Part shown: one piece after another, positions 29,754 to 38,318 of the stretch
Layout of the letters: every line of letters begins with the position of its first letter
Position numbering within the stretch: position 1 is the first letter of the stretch
Assembly: GCA_963422735.1 (NCBI GenBank)
Contig: OY730476.1
Span: 2,272,001 to 2,336,000 of the forward strand
Reading direction: 5' to 3'
DNA length: 64,000 nt
Source: Candidatus Latescibacterota bacterium
Lineage (GTDB): Bacteria; Latescibacterota; UBA2968; UBA8231
The notes under the pieces: generated by a model
Seen by the model: the letters and a program-made list of their open reading frames with translations, nothing else
What the model was told of the DNA's origin: nothing
Database searches by the model: none
Translations under genes and position numbers: made by a program

Positions 29754-30668
29754 CTATTCGGCTCCTAGCATTTCGACCCAGTTTTCGGGGTCGTCGGTCT
29801 TAATTCCGGTGAACAATTCCAACTCTTGCTCCATCCACAAGGTGTTGCCCGGCATCAGCTCGCTCAGAGGGCCGACGTTTTCAATCTCGCCAAAGCGCGG
29901 CTTGCCGTCGAAAACCGCGGCCGTGGAGTTGAACATAGTCGCGGTGCCGCCGTCTTCGGGGTATTCGGCGTTAGATGCGTGGGCGACCGTAGATTTGAGC
30001 GCGTTTCCACTCCATATAAAGGCGATCCAACCGGCGTCGCTATTGGTACCGACCTTTTGCCAGCCGTTTTGCGGCTCGACCCGATAGTCGAGCGCGAGCG
30101 CACGGGGGCCTAGGTGGATGCCGATTTCGTTGGGGTCAGTGCTCGGCCAGAACAGCAAGCTGCGGCGGCCCGTGCTGCGCCAGGGCACGACGCCGACACC
30201 CGCATCGGGTCGGATGACGTTAAGGGCCCAACAGGCTACGCGGCGCTTTTCGGCGCGCATGTTTTTGAAGCCGTGGCGGATCTGGAGCACGGGGCGCTCG
30301 CTGTCGAGCGCGACCTCCATGATAAGCTGTAAGCCCGAGCTGTCGTCTGGGGCGGCGGTGAGGCGCACGGAGCGCGCGCCGGTCATCTCAGCGGTGGCTG
30401 GTTGCAAGGCCGGCATCCCGGATTCGGGGATTTGGGTCGGCTCGAAGAACCATGAACGGACGCCGACGTATTCGTATTCTCGGGAGACATGGAGGGGGTT
30501 TTCACCGCCTTTGAGGCGGAAGGCGAGGACCCGTGGATAGGGCGCGGCGATGGCAAAAGCCTCGGCGCGGTCGTTTTCGAGCCAGAAGCCGGCGAAGCCT
30601 TCGTATTGGTCGGTTTGGGCGGCTAGGGGCAGGGCGGTCAAGAGTAAAAAATAGCAAGCGATGTGCAT
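29754..30668 (-). CDS. Secreted hypothetical protein (DUF4380-like)
   Basis: Signal peptide; 'PRVLAFRLKGGENPL', 'YPEDG', 'GEIENVGPL'. Confidence 0.6.
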   Translation of the reverse strand: MHIACYFLLLTALPLAAQTDQYEGFAGFWLENDRAEAFAIAAPYPRVLAFRLKGGENPLHVSREYEYVGVRSWFFEPTQIPESGMPALQPATAEMTGARSVRLTAAPDDSSGLQLIMEVALDSERPVLQIRHGFKNMRAEKRRVACWALNVIRPDAGVGVVPWRSTGRRSLLFWPSTDPNEIGIHLGPRALALDYRVEPQNGWQKVGTNSDAGWIAFIWSGNALKSTVAHASNAEYPEDGGTATMFNSTAAVFDGKPRFGEIENVGPLSELMPGNTLWMEQELELFTGIKTDDPENWVEMLGAE

Positions 30669-30750
30669 AGGCGTTGTCTCCGGTCAATTAATTTTGCATG
30701 ATAGGCCCTGAGAGTTGCACTGTCAAACGCGAATCCGAGGAGTAGAAGCG

Positions 30751-31482
30751 ATGATAGTCGAAGAAGTACGGCTGTGGAAATTGACTCGCCGCCACGTGCG
30801 CGAGCGGCTGGAACAGGGCCTGATCAAGGGGGCGATTCTGCCCACCGGCAGCACGGAGCAGCACAACGAGCACTTGGCAATGGAGCACGACACCGCCAGC
30901 GCGGCGCATGTCGCGCACCAAGCGGCCTTGCAGCTATATCCGCAAGTGGTGGTGGCCACGCCCCTGTCGGTGGGCATATCCGAGCACTGGATGGAGTTCC
31001 CCGGCACCTTGAGCCTGCGGCCAGAGACCTTCTTTGCCGTGGCCTACGATGTGTGCGAGTCGCTCAAGCGGCACGGGATTGAGCACGTCCTGATATGCAA
31101 TGGCCACGCCGGCAACGGCCCCTTGGGCGGCCAAGTCGAAGAGTTCAGCAAGCGGCTGGATATGGATGTGCAGTTTTATTCGTATTGGGCGGCGTATTCG
31201 CAGGAGCTGGTCGCCCAAGTGCTGGAGTCCGGGGACTGCCCGGCGCACGCGGCCGAGTTTGAGACCTCGTTTGCCATGGCGGCGTTTCCCGAGAATGTGC
31301 AGTGGAAAGGGGTTGATTACGAGGGAGCCAATCTCCAGATACAGAGCGAAAGCTACGCGCCGCGCGATCCAATATACTTTGAGGCGGGCCGCGACTTGGC
31401 CACGCCCAAGAAAGGCCGGGTGATGGCCGATGTGGCTATTGACTGGGTCGCCGCTAAGATGCGGGAGATGATCGGCGCTTAG
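30751..31482 (+). CDS. Creatininase family protein
   Basis: LPTGSTEQH..HL...D, GISEHW..FPGT, NGHAGN, HAAEFETS. Confidence 0.9.
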   Translation: MIVEEVRLWKLTRRHVRERLEQGLIKGAILPTGSTEQHNEHLAMEHDTASAAHVAHQAALQLYPQVVVATPLSVGISEHWMEFPGTLSLRPETFFAVAYDVCESLKRHGIEHVLICNGHAGNGPLGGQVEEFSKRLDMDVQFYSYWAAYSQELVAQVLESGDCPAHAAEFETSFAMAAFPENVQWKGVDYEGANLQIQSESYAPRDPIYFEAGRDLATPKKGRVMADVAIDWVAAKMREMIGA

Positions 31483-31533
31483 GGAAGGAATGGGTGTCCG
31501 GGCCAATGGGCGTTGCTGTAGCAAGGAGAGCGT

Positions 31534-31803
31534 ATGAAGAAAGGGGCTTCTAGAAAACTCACCAGTGAGCAGGAGGTGGAGATTGAATCACTTGCGCCCC
31601 TTCCCGACGAGAAAATCGATGCGAGCGACATATCCGAGCTTCTGGATTGGTCCGATGCCAGACGAGAGCAGCAGATCACGCTGAGGCTGGATGCCGATGT
31701 GGTGGCATGGTTCAGGGCAAACGCCCCAGACGGACGGGGATATCAGACCGAGATCAATCGCGTACTTCGCGAGCACACCAAGTTGACTCTGAGGCAAACG
31801 TAA
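31534..31803 (+). CDS. brnA: BrnA-family antitoxin (orphan)
   Basis: IDASDI.EL, ITLRLDADVVAWFR, GYQTEINRVLR. Confidence 0.85.
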   Translation: MKKGASRKLTSEQEVEIESLAPLPDEKIDASDISELLDWSDARREQQITLRLDADVVAWFRANAPDGRGYQTEINRVLREHTKLTLRQT

Positions 31804-31950
31804 GTGCAGTGTTGACGACCGCTTGGCGCCTTGATCTCTGACCCCGGTTCACATCCTCGACCGAGATTGCAGACGCCAGCACCAGCTCCCTTGACGAAGA
31901 TATTTGCCGCATGGTGCTGTTAGATATGACCTCAACCCAATAGGTGTACT

Positions 31951-32166
31951 ATGAGGGAGCTTACGGAGCGGGTTGCTAAGCTCGAAGGCGCGTATAACCA
32001 TCTGGCTACCAAAGCCGATATTGCCGAACTCAAAGCCGATTTAGGCAAGGATTTTACTGGTCAGTTATAGGAAGTCAAAAAGAGCTTGAACCGATTACAA
32101 GGGGGCATAGCGATATTGGGTATTATGGTGATTATCCTTCAATTGTGGATCAAGTTTACTAGCTAA
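31951..32166 (+). pseudogene. Small DUF1640-like coiled-coil + TM protein with in-frame TAG
   Basis: MRELTERVAKLEGAYNHLATKADIAELKADLGKDFTGQL*EVKKSLNRLQGGIAILGIMVIILQLWIKFTS*; TAG at 32068-32070. Confidence 0.65.
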
Positions 32167-32280
32167 AAATTCCATACCTAAGCTAGAATTACAAAAGACG
32201 CCTTCGGCCCTAATTGGTCGCCTCCACGCCGTAAGTCTGATTCAGTGGCTCGGTGTGCGCTGGATCAACCGCTCAACACA

Positions 32281-32311
32281 AACGCCCTGCTCCCAAAGGA
32301 AGCAGGGCGTT
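32281..32311 (-). terminator. Putative terminator hairpin
   Basis: aacgccctgct-cccaaagga-agcagggcgtt, downstream of 32341..33243. Confidence 0.65.
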
Positions 32312-32340
32312 TCCATACCCTGAAGAAGCTGTCGTAGCTC

Positions 32341-33243
32341 TTAGTAAGCGGCCTTGATCTGGCCCCAACTCACGTCCTCAACGGCGGTCATAGACGCCAG
32401 CGAGGGCTCCATCTCGGCCAGCACCACGTCGTTGGTAGCCGTGCAGCAGCTTTCCGGCGACATAGTCCAGAACCCCTGATAGCTTTCAAGCGCACACTCG
32501 GTGCAGGGCTCGTCGAAGTCGCCCACGGTCACGGACGTGTGGATGATCTCATTTTCCGCGAGGTCGAAAACCACAGCTTGATCGGGGGTAGCCGACGCGT
32601 CGTTGGGCAGCGAGGTGATCGGCGTGAGGGCCAATTCGTAATAATAAGTGCTCTCGCCGAACTGCTCGCCGTCGTAGCTCCAGCCAAAGTCCACCCATTC
32701 GCTGCCATCTACCAGCCACTCAAGTGCGCTCACCGGGCGGTAGAACTGATAGGCCCCTTCCACCGGCGGCACAGCCCACTTGTAACTGAAGTTGTTGGCC
32801 GGCTCGCCTTCGAGGTTGTGCTCCTCGGTCGGCGTGTGGTCCGGGTTGACCTCTACTTCCCAAGCGTCGTCCTGCCAAAAGGCCGAGGGGTTCTCGCGGT
32901 CCAGGTTGTGAACATTGTCGAACACCTCAGTCATGTAGTAAAGCTTGTTCGCGCTGTCATTCCAGCCGATGAGATGGCGGATGTTAATGTCGCTGACATC
33001 AATCTCGCCGCGGCCCACGGGCTGGATGTCGGCCACCGGCGAGTAGAGGCGGTCGTTGCGGATCGTGTACGGATCAATCGGCACGACATCCCAATCCGAC
33101 AGGTCACCGTCCATGGTGGGGACGAGATTGTCGGGGAACTGCACGGCGAAGTAGAGCTCGCCGGGAGGCGCGTGGCCAAAGGACGTACCGCACAAGCCCA
33201 TGACCAAAGCTGTGGCTAAGATGAATTTGGTCCGCTCTTGCAT
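32341..33243 (-). CDS. Secreted CBM9/DOMON-like protein with C-terminal SWGQIK motif
   Basis: RBS AAGGAGG; signal peptide; DGDLSDW, GWND..NKLY, WQDDAWEV; ends TAVEDVSWGQIKAAY; paralog of 17269..18177. Confidence 0.75.
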   Translation of the reverse strand: MQERTKFILATALVMGLCGTSFGHAPPGELYFAVQFPDNLVPTMDGDLSDWDVVPIDPYTIRNDRLYSPVADIQPVGRGEIDVSDINIRHLIGWNDSANKLYYMTEVFDNVHNLDRENPSAFWQDDAWEVEVNPDHTPTEEHNLEGEPANNFSYKWAVPPVEGAYQFYRPVSALEWLVDGSEWVDFGWSYDGEQFGESTYYYELALTPITSLPNDASATPDQAVVFDLAENEIIHTSVTVGDFDEPCTECALESYQGFWTMSPESCCTATNDVVLAEMEPSLASMTAVEDVSWGQIKAAY

Positions 33244-33359
33244 AGCGAAAAACCCTCCTTAGGAGAAATGAGAAATGCTGTATAATAAATGTGTACAAAA
33301 ATACAGCGCGCTCGGCACGCGCTTAATGTCCCAATGAATAAGCAACTCAACGCCGTTTG

Positions 33360-35480
33360 TCAATAAGCGACCGAGAGGATGCCAGCGCGTTCCTCTTTCG
33401 CTTCTAATTGCAGCCGCCAGATATAGGTCCCCGGCGGTACGAGCTGCCCAGCGGCGTCGCGGCCGTCCCAGCGATGGACGAATTCTCCGCTGCGAGTGGT
33501 GATAGGTGGCAGCTCGACTACGAGCTGGCTGGCGAGATTGTAGATCGCTAGTCGCACCGGGCGGCTAGCCGTGACTTCGCGCAACTTGTAGGCGATTTCC
33601 AAGGTCTCGTTCAGTCCGTCGCCATTCGGCGTGAGCGGGTTGGAAGTCACTGCAATATCGACGAGGAGCCGGCCGCCGACGGGCGTGTTGACGGCGAGGG
33701 CGTCGCCCGAAAAGCGAAAGGTGGCGTTGCCCGGCCGAATTTGCTGTTTGATTTGGTCGGGGTCGTTGCTATCAAAGGCCCAGCCCGAAAATTCAGTGCC
33801 AAAGCGCAAGACCGGCACCACAAAGCGCACTTCGAGTTGTTTGAAGCTGTCGTCTTCGCCTCGCAGGCGAGGGAAGGACACCACGAAGCGGTCGGCTTGG
33901 ATATCTGGGACAAAGGCGTTTAAGTCGAGTTCGGTGCCGTCGCGTTTGACCGCAGAGACGGCTTGGACTTGGGCGTGGGTGAGGATCTCCAGCCGGTCAA
34001 ACCCGGTGTCATCGGCACTGAATTCCGGTCGGACGATGTACGTAAATTCTGTGGGCGCGAAGGAATTGACGGCAATAGGCCACACCTCGCCGAGGATTTC
34101 GCGGGCGGCCGGTGCATCGCCGAATTGGAGCGCGAATGAGCGAATGCGGGGCGCGGTGGTAAAGGTGGAAAACAGGCGAAAGGCAAACTGGATGTAGCGG
34201 CTCGGCCCGGGCGACAAAAGCGGCGTACCGTCGCGCCATGCCTCAGCCGGTGCGTCGCTGTCGCGCAAGCCCGCGGCAAAGTCGTAGGGCGGCGACCAGA
34301 AGCTCCAGTTGTCGGGGTCGTACACGGTGGGCAGGCGGCCGGACGGGTCGATCTTTTCGTAGGCGGCCAAGGTGATGGGGCGGATGTCGCCGTTAATGTT
34401 TTCGGCGAAGTAGAGGCTGGGATCGGAGGTGTCGCCAGTGCGGGTGCGGACCTCGATGCGAGTGCCCTTGGGCACGTCGGCGTCCCAGCGGATTTTGCTC
34501 CAGTTGATCGGCTGGCCAAAGTCGAGGATCTGGGAGACGAGGACGGTCTCCTCGACAAAGCCCTCGCCGTACACCTCGAATTCGGCGACCTCCCAGTCGC
34601 GCAAGGGAAAGGCTTGGGCCGTGATCCAGCGGATCGACTCGGTGGGAAAGCGCAGTTCGACTACTGGATCGAGATTTTCGCGGTTGGATTCGAGCACAGT
34701 GAGCTGGGGATCTTGGTTGCGGACCCAGTGCAGGCCGTAGAGATTGGCACTGACCTTGTCACAGGGGCTTTTGGCAAAGCGCGCACTATTGTCGCCGACG
34801 CGGATTTCATACCAAGCGAGAAAGTTGCTGGCAAAGCTATCTATGCCAAAGGTTTCCAAGGGTGGATGAGGCGCGGTGAATTCGTTGATGAGCAATAGGT
34901 CGTCCTCTTGGCCGAGGCGAGGAAAGAAGCGGATGCGGTTGACGGGCACGGCCGCACGAAAATCTATGACCACGGAGTTTTTCCAGCCTTCGCCAGTAAC
35001 CCCTGCGATGATCGTGCCGCCGCTGAAGATGCCTTGGCCTGGGGTGAAGCGGCGAAAGTGGGCGGTAGTCACATCGCCATCGAATTGCTTCTTGACTACG
35101 GGAGTATGGTTGTCGACGGCACCACAGCCATCGGTGGTCTGAGCCTCGCCGCCGATATAGGGCAGGGGAATCTTGATGGTCGAAGAATTGGGATCGGTCA
35201 GGGTCAAGTTGACCGATGGGTCGATGAAGCGCGGCCTTATAGAGTTGTCGGCAAAGTTGATGAGGGTGTCGGCGGCTACGCCGTGGGGCGTGACGCCCAC
35301 GGGTTCGGTGCTTACAAGCTGGCCTTCGGAATCAAAGAGCCAGTACTCGCCAGCCCCTTCTTCAGACAGCAGGCTGGGCCAAGGGTTACCGTCGGTTCCC
35401 CCGATGCGAAATTCCCCGCGGCTATGCGCCGGCGCAATCGACAAAACGAGCAGGAAACACGAAACAATGATGCGCTGCAT
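33360..35480 (-). CDS. Family A exported protein
   Basis: Signal peptide; EFEVYGEGF, RTRTGD, NWSFWSPPY, SPGPSRYIQ, LTPNGDGLNE, WDGRD...PPGTY; ends SVAY. Confidence 0.85.
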   Translation of the reverse strand: MQRIIVSCFLLVLSIAPAHSRGEFRIGGTDGNPWPSLLSEEGAGEYWLFDSEGQLVSTEPVGVTPHGVAADTLINFADNSIRPRFIDPSVNLTLTDPNSSTIKIPLPYIGGEAQTTDGCGAVDNHTPVVKKQFDGDVTTAHFRRFTPGQGIFSGGTIIAGVTGEGWKNSVVIDFRAAVPVNRIRFFPRLGQEDDLLLINEFTAPHPPLETFGIDSFASNFLAWYEIRVGDNSARFAKSPCDKVSANLYGLHWVRNQDPQLTVLESNRENLDPVVELRFPTESIRWITAQAFPLRDWEVAEFEVYGEGFVEETVLVSQILDFGQPINWSKIRWDADVPKGTRIEVRTRTGDTSDPSLYFAENINGDIRPITLAAYEKIDPSGRLPTVYDPDNWSFWSPPYDFAAGLRDSDAPAEAWRDGTPLLSPGPSRYIQFAFRLFSTFTTAPRIRSFALQFGDAPAAREILGEVWPIAVNSFAPTEFTYIVRPEFSADDTGFDRLEILTHAQVQAVSAVKRDGTELDLNAFVPDIQADRFVVSFPRLRGEDDSFKQLEVRFVVPVLRFGTEFSGWAFDSNDPDQIKQQIRPGNATFRFSGDALAVNTPVGGRLLVDIAVTSNPLTPNGDGLNETLEIAYKLREVTASRPVRLAIYNLASQLVVELPPITTRSGEFVHRWDGRDAAGQLVPPGTYIWRLQLEAKEERAGILSVAY

Positions 35481-35723
35481 GGGTTTCTTCCTTGAGATAT
35501 CGGTAATATAAAGAAAGAAGAGGGCGGTTTAGCAAGCTTGGATATGCACATGGCGGGCCGCGTACAACTTGATTTATGCTTGCTCTTTGGTTGTTTTATG
35601 CGGCAAGCAGAGCGGCTGCCGTGCCTTCCGCGCTGGCTCCCCGTAGGCACGATGTTTCCTGAGTAGCCACCTCCACGCGCCGGGGTCTTGTATCTTGGCC
35701 CACACCCGAAGGAGATCGAGACC

Positions 35724-35978
35724 ATGAGCGAACACTCCGAACTTCGGCAAGGCCGAGTCGAAGGCATCCTTGAGCAGGTCGCCGCCCGACTGGAGAGCAT
35801 GGAAGCCACGCACCGGCAAGAGCTATCCAATTTGCGGCAAGACATGCGGCAGGACATGGCAACCATCCACCACCGCCTTGAGACTATTGAGATCAACCAC
35901 CGCCGAGACTTCCGCTTGTTGGGCGTGATGAGCGCACAAATCGTCCTTGCGCTGAAGCGGTGGCAATTCGCCGGCTAA
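35724..35978 (+). CDS. Small coiled-coil protein with hydrophobic C-terminus (DUF1640-like)
   Basis: RBS AAGGAG; GRVEGILEQV...LRQDMRQDM...RDFRLLGVMSAQIVLAL. Confidence 0.55.
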   Translation: MSEHSELRQGRVEGILEQVAARLESMEATHRQELSNLRQDMRQDMATIHHRLETIEINHRRDFRLLGVMSAQIVLALKRWQFAG

Positions 35979-36029
35979 ACACCCCCACTAACCATTAGCC
36001 ACTGACTCCTGACCACTGAGGAAATTCTT

Positions 36030-38114
36030 ATGCAAGCGCATTGTGTCGCCGCTAGCCTCGTCTTAGTGCTCTGGCTGCCGCGCGGCAGTTTGGCTCTCGA
36101 CGCGGTCTCGATTGGGGAGGGCGGCGACTTGGACTGGCGGGGCGAAGGCGAGGCGGCCGTCATTGCCATTGACGCTGAGCACCGCTCGCCCTTAAACCCC
36201 AACAACCTGCTGGTGGGCAACGCGCCCGGCGACTTAATCGAATTCGCACGCGACGATTTTCCCCACAGTATCCTGCCCCTGCGCATTGCCGAGGGGGAGA
36301 ACGTGGCCGTCGGCACCATTGAGCGCGGCGGCGACATCGAGTCTCCCAATGTCTTCGACTTCAGCGGCACGTTTAAGCCGCTCGACTTGGAGATGATGCT
36401 AAAGGAATTGCTCTCGGACGAGCCGGGCGGCGAGTTGTTGGCCTTTGAGCGCAAGAATCAGAACTCCCTCGGCATCCTAGTCCTGCTCAATTTAGGGGCG
36501 CGCTTCGGGGTGGAGCGGATACGCATCTATCCGCGCAACACGGTCGTGTCCTCGCCCTCGACCCCCTTCCAAAACGACTACCTGCGGGCGTATGAGTTGT
36601 TTACCAACGACGGCCTGAACCTGACCGGCGAGAACACGCCCATTTGGGATCCGCTGATCGCTGAGACCGACAACCAAGTCGCGGTTATCGACGTACCGCT
36701 CGACCCGCCGCGCTACGTCCAGCACCTGCGCTTGCGGGCGACGTCGCCGGTGGACTTTGAGATCGACGAGATCGAGATTTTCGGCAAGGGCTTCCTGTCG
36801 CGGGCCCAGTACGTGTCGGACATTTTCGACGCTGGGCAACCAGCCGTGTGGGGCACGCTGCGCTGGGTGGAAGAGGTGTTGGGCGATCCACGCTTCTCCA
36901 GCGCGCAGATCCGCACGCGCACGGGCACGGACACCTCGCCCTTTGTGTACACCCGCCGGTTGCGCGGCAAGCAAGACGCCGAGGATATTCCTTTTTCGCT
37001 GGAAAACCCCGGGGAGGAGATGGGCCTAGCCGAGTACCGGATCTTTCCCCAAAAGGCCGGTCAGACCCCCATTACCGACGCTGCGGGCCGCGAGTGGATG
37101 GCCGGGGCCGTAACCGACGACCTGATCAATTGGAGTCCTTTTAGCACACCTTATCCGGCGGACGCGGCCAACGGCCCGGGCCTGCCCATTGTTTCGCCCA
37201 GCCCGCGTCGCTACATGCAGTTCGAGGTAACTTTTAATAGCAGCGACCTAGAGGCGGCGCGAGTGATCAAGTCGCTGAGCTTCGACCTGTTGACGCCGCC
37301 GTTTGCCGACACCTTGGTCGGCGAGGTCTTTCCGCGCGAGGTAGAGGTATCTGAGGAAGTGTCCTTTACCTTTGCCGTGCGCGCCGCCATGGGCACGGAC
37401 GGCCTACGCGGCTTCGACGCCATTGAGATCGACACGCCGACGCGAGTGTCGAGCATCGACGCAGTGCAGATTATCAATGGCGATGGCGCGGTCGTGGCCG
37501 AGCACCAGAACCTCAACGCGGCCAGCGGGGACTTCGCCATTGCCGAGGTTGCCGACGACCGCTTTTCCGTGCGCTTCCCCGCGGTGACCGACGACCAGAC
37601 GCAGGTGCATATTCGCTTCCAGACCAACGTGCTGACGTACAGCACTAACTTCACTGCTGCGGTGCGGCTCACCACCGATCCGGGTGCCGCCCAAGTCATC
37701 GACCCGGGCAATGTGACCTTTTTGGGCGCAGGGGACGAGGGCGCCTTTTCCGGCACCACGGTACTCAGCCCGTCCGTATTGATCGAGGGGCAGCTATTGG
37801 ACCAAGTGGAGGCTGCGCCCAATCCCTTTACCCCCAATGGCGACGGCATCAACGACGAGGCGATCATCCACTACAACCTGCTGTCGCTGAGTACCTCGCG
37901 GCCGGTTGAGGTCGCGCTCTACGACTTGAGCGGTCGGCGCGTGCGCATCCTCTTCGCCGGCGAAGAGGCCAACGGCCGCTACACAGACAAAGTGTGGGAC
38001 GGTCGCGACGATCAAGGCCAAGCAGTTCCTCCGGGCCTGTACGTGGCCCGCATCTTTGTCTCCGGGGATTCGGGCGACGCCGAGCAGAGCCGCGTCGTGG
38101 CCGTCGCGTACTAA
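36030..38114 (+). CDS. Family A exported protein
   Basis: Signal peptide; EIEIFGKGF, RTRTGTD, NWSPFSTPY, SPSPRRYMQ, FTPNGDGIND, WDGRD...PPGLY; ends AVAY. Confidence 0.85.
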   Translation: MQAHCVAASLVLVLWLPRGSLALDAVSIGEGGDLDWRGEGEAAVIAIDAEHRSPLNPNNLLVGNAPGDLIEFARDDFPHSILPLRIAEGENVAVGTIERGGDIESPNVFDFSGTFKPLDLEMMLKELLSDEPGGELLAFERKNQNSLGILVLLNLGARFGVERIRIYPRNTVVSSPSTPFQNDYLRAYELFTNDGLNLTGENTPIWDPLIAETDNQVAVIDVPLDPPRYVQHLRLRATSPVDFEIDEIEIFGKGFLSRAQYVSDIFDAGQPAVWGTLRWVEEVLGDPRFSSAQIRTRTGTDTSPFVYTRRLRGKQDAEDIPFSLENPGEEMGLAEYRIFPQKAGQTPITDAAGREWMAGAVTDDLINWSPFSTPYPADAANGPGLPIVSPSPRRYMQFEVTFNSSDLEAARVIKSLSFDLLTPPFADTLVGEVFPREVEVSEEVSFTFAVRAAMGTDGLRGFDAIEIDTPTRVSSIDAVQIINGDGAVVAEHQNLNAASGDFAIAEVADDRFSVRFPAVTDDQTQVHIRFQTNVLTYSTNFTAAVRLTTDPGAAQVIDPGNVTFLGAGDEGAFSGTTVLSPSVLIEGQLLDQVEAAPNPFTPNGDGINDEAIIHYNLLSLSTSRPVEVALYDLSGRRVRILFAGEEANGRYTDKVWDGRDDQGQAVPPGLYVARIFVSGDSGDAEQSRVVAVAY

Positions 38115-38318
38115 GAAGCTGCCTGAAAACCCCTCGCGGCCGGTCACGCCTGCTCCACCCTGCCTTTAGGCGGGACAGGCGCGGTGAAGTGCGCGGCTGC
38201 GAAAGCAAGAGCCGCATTCAGGTGATTTGATAGATCAGGGCGCAAGACCCAAAAAAAAGAACAGCCCGAAAACTGCCCAGCGGCTCGCGTTATGCATCGA
38301 GAAGTCGCTTTCTGCGGA

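Noticed and set aside
32068-32070. In-frame TAG as pyrrolysine or stop-codon recoding
   Set aside because: Many intact genes here terminate with TAG, no pyl genes are present, and a nonsense mutation is the simpler explanation.
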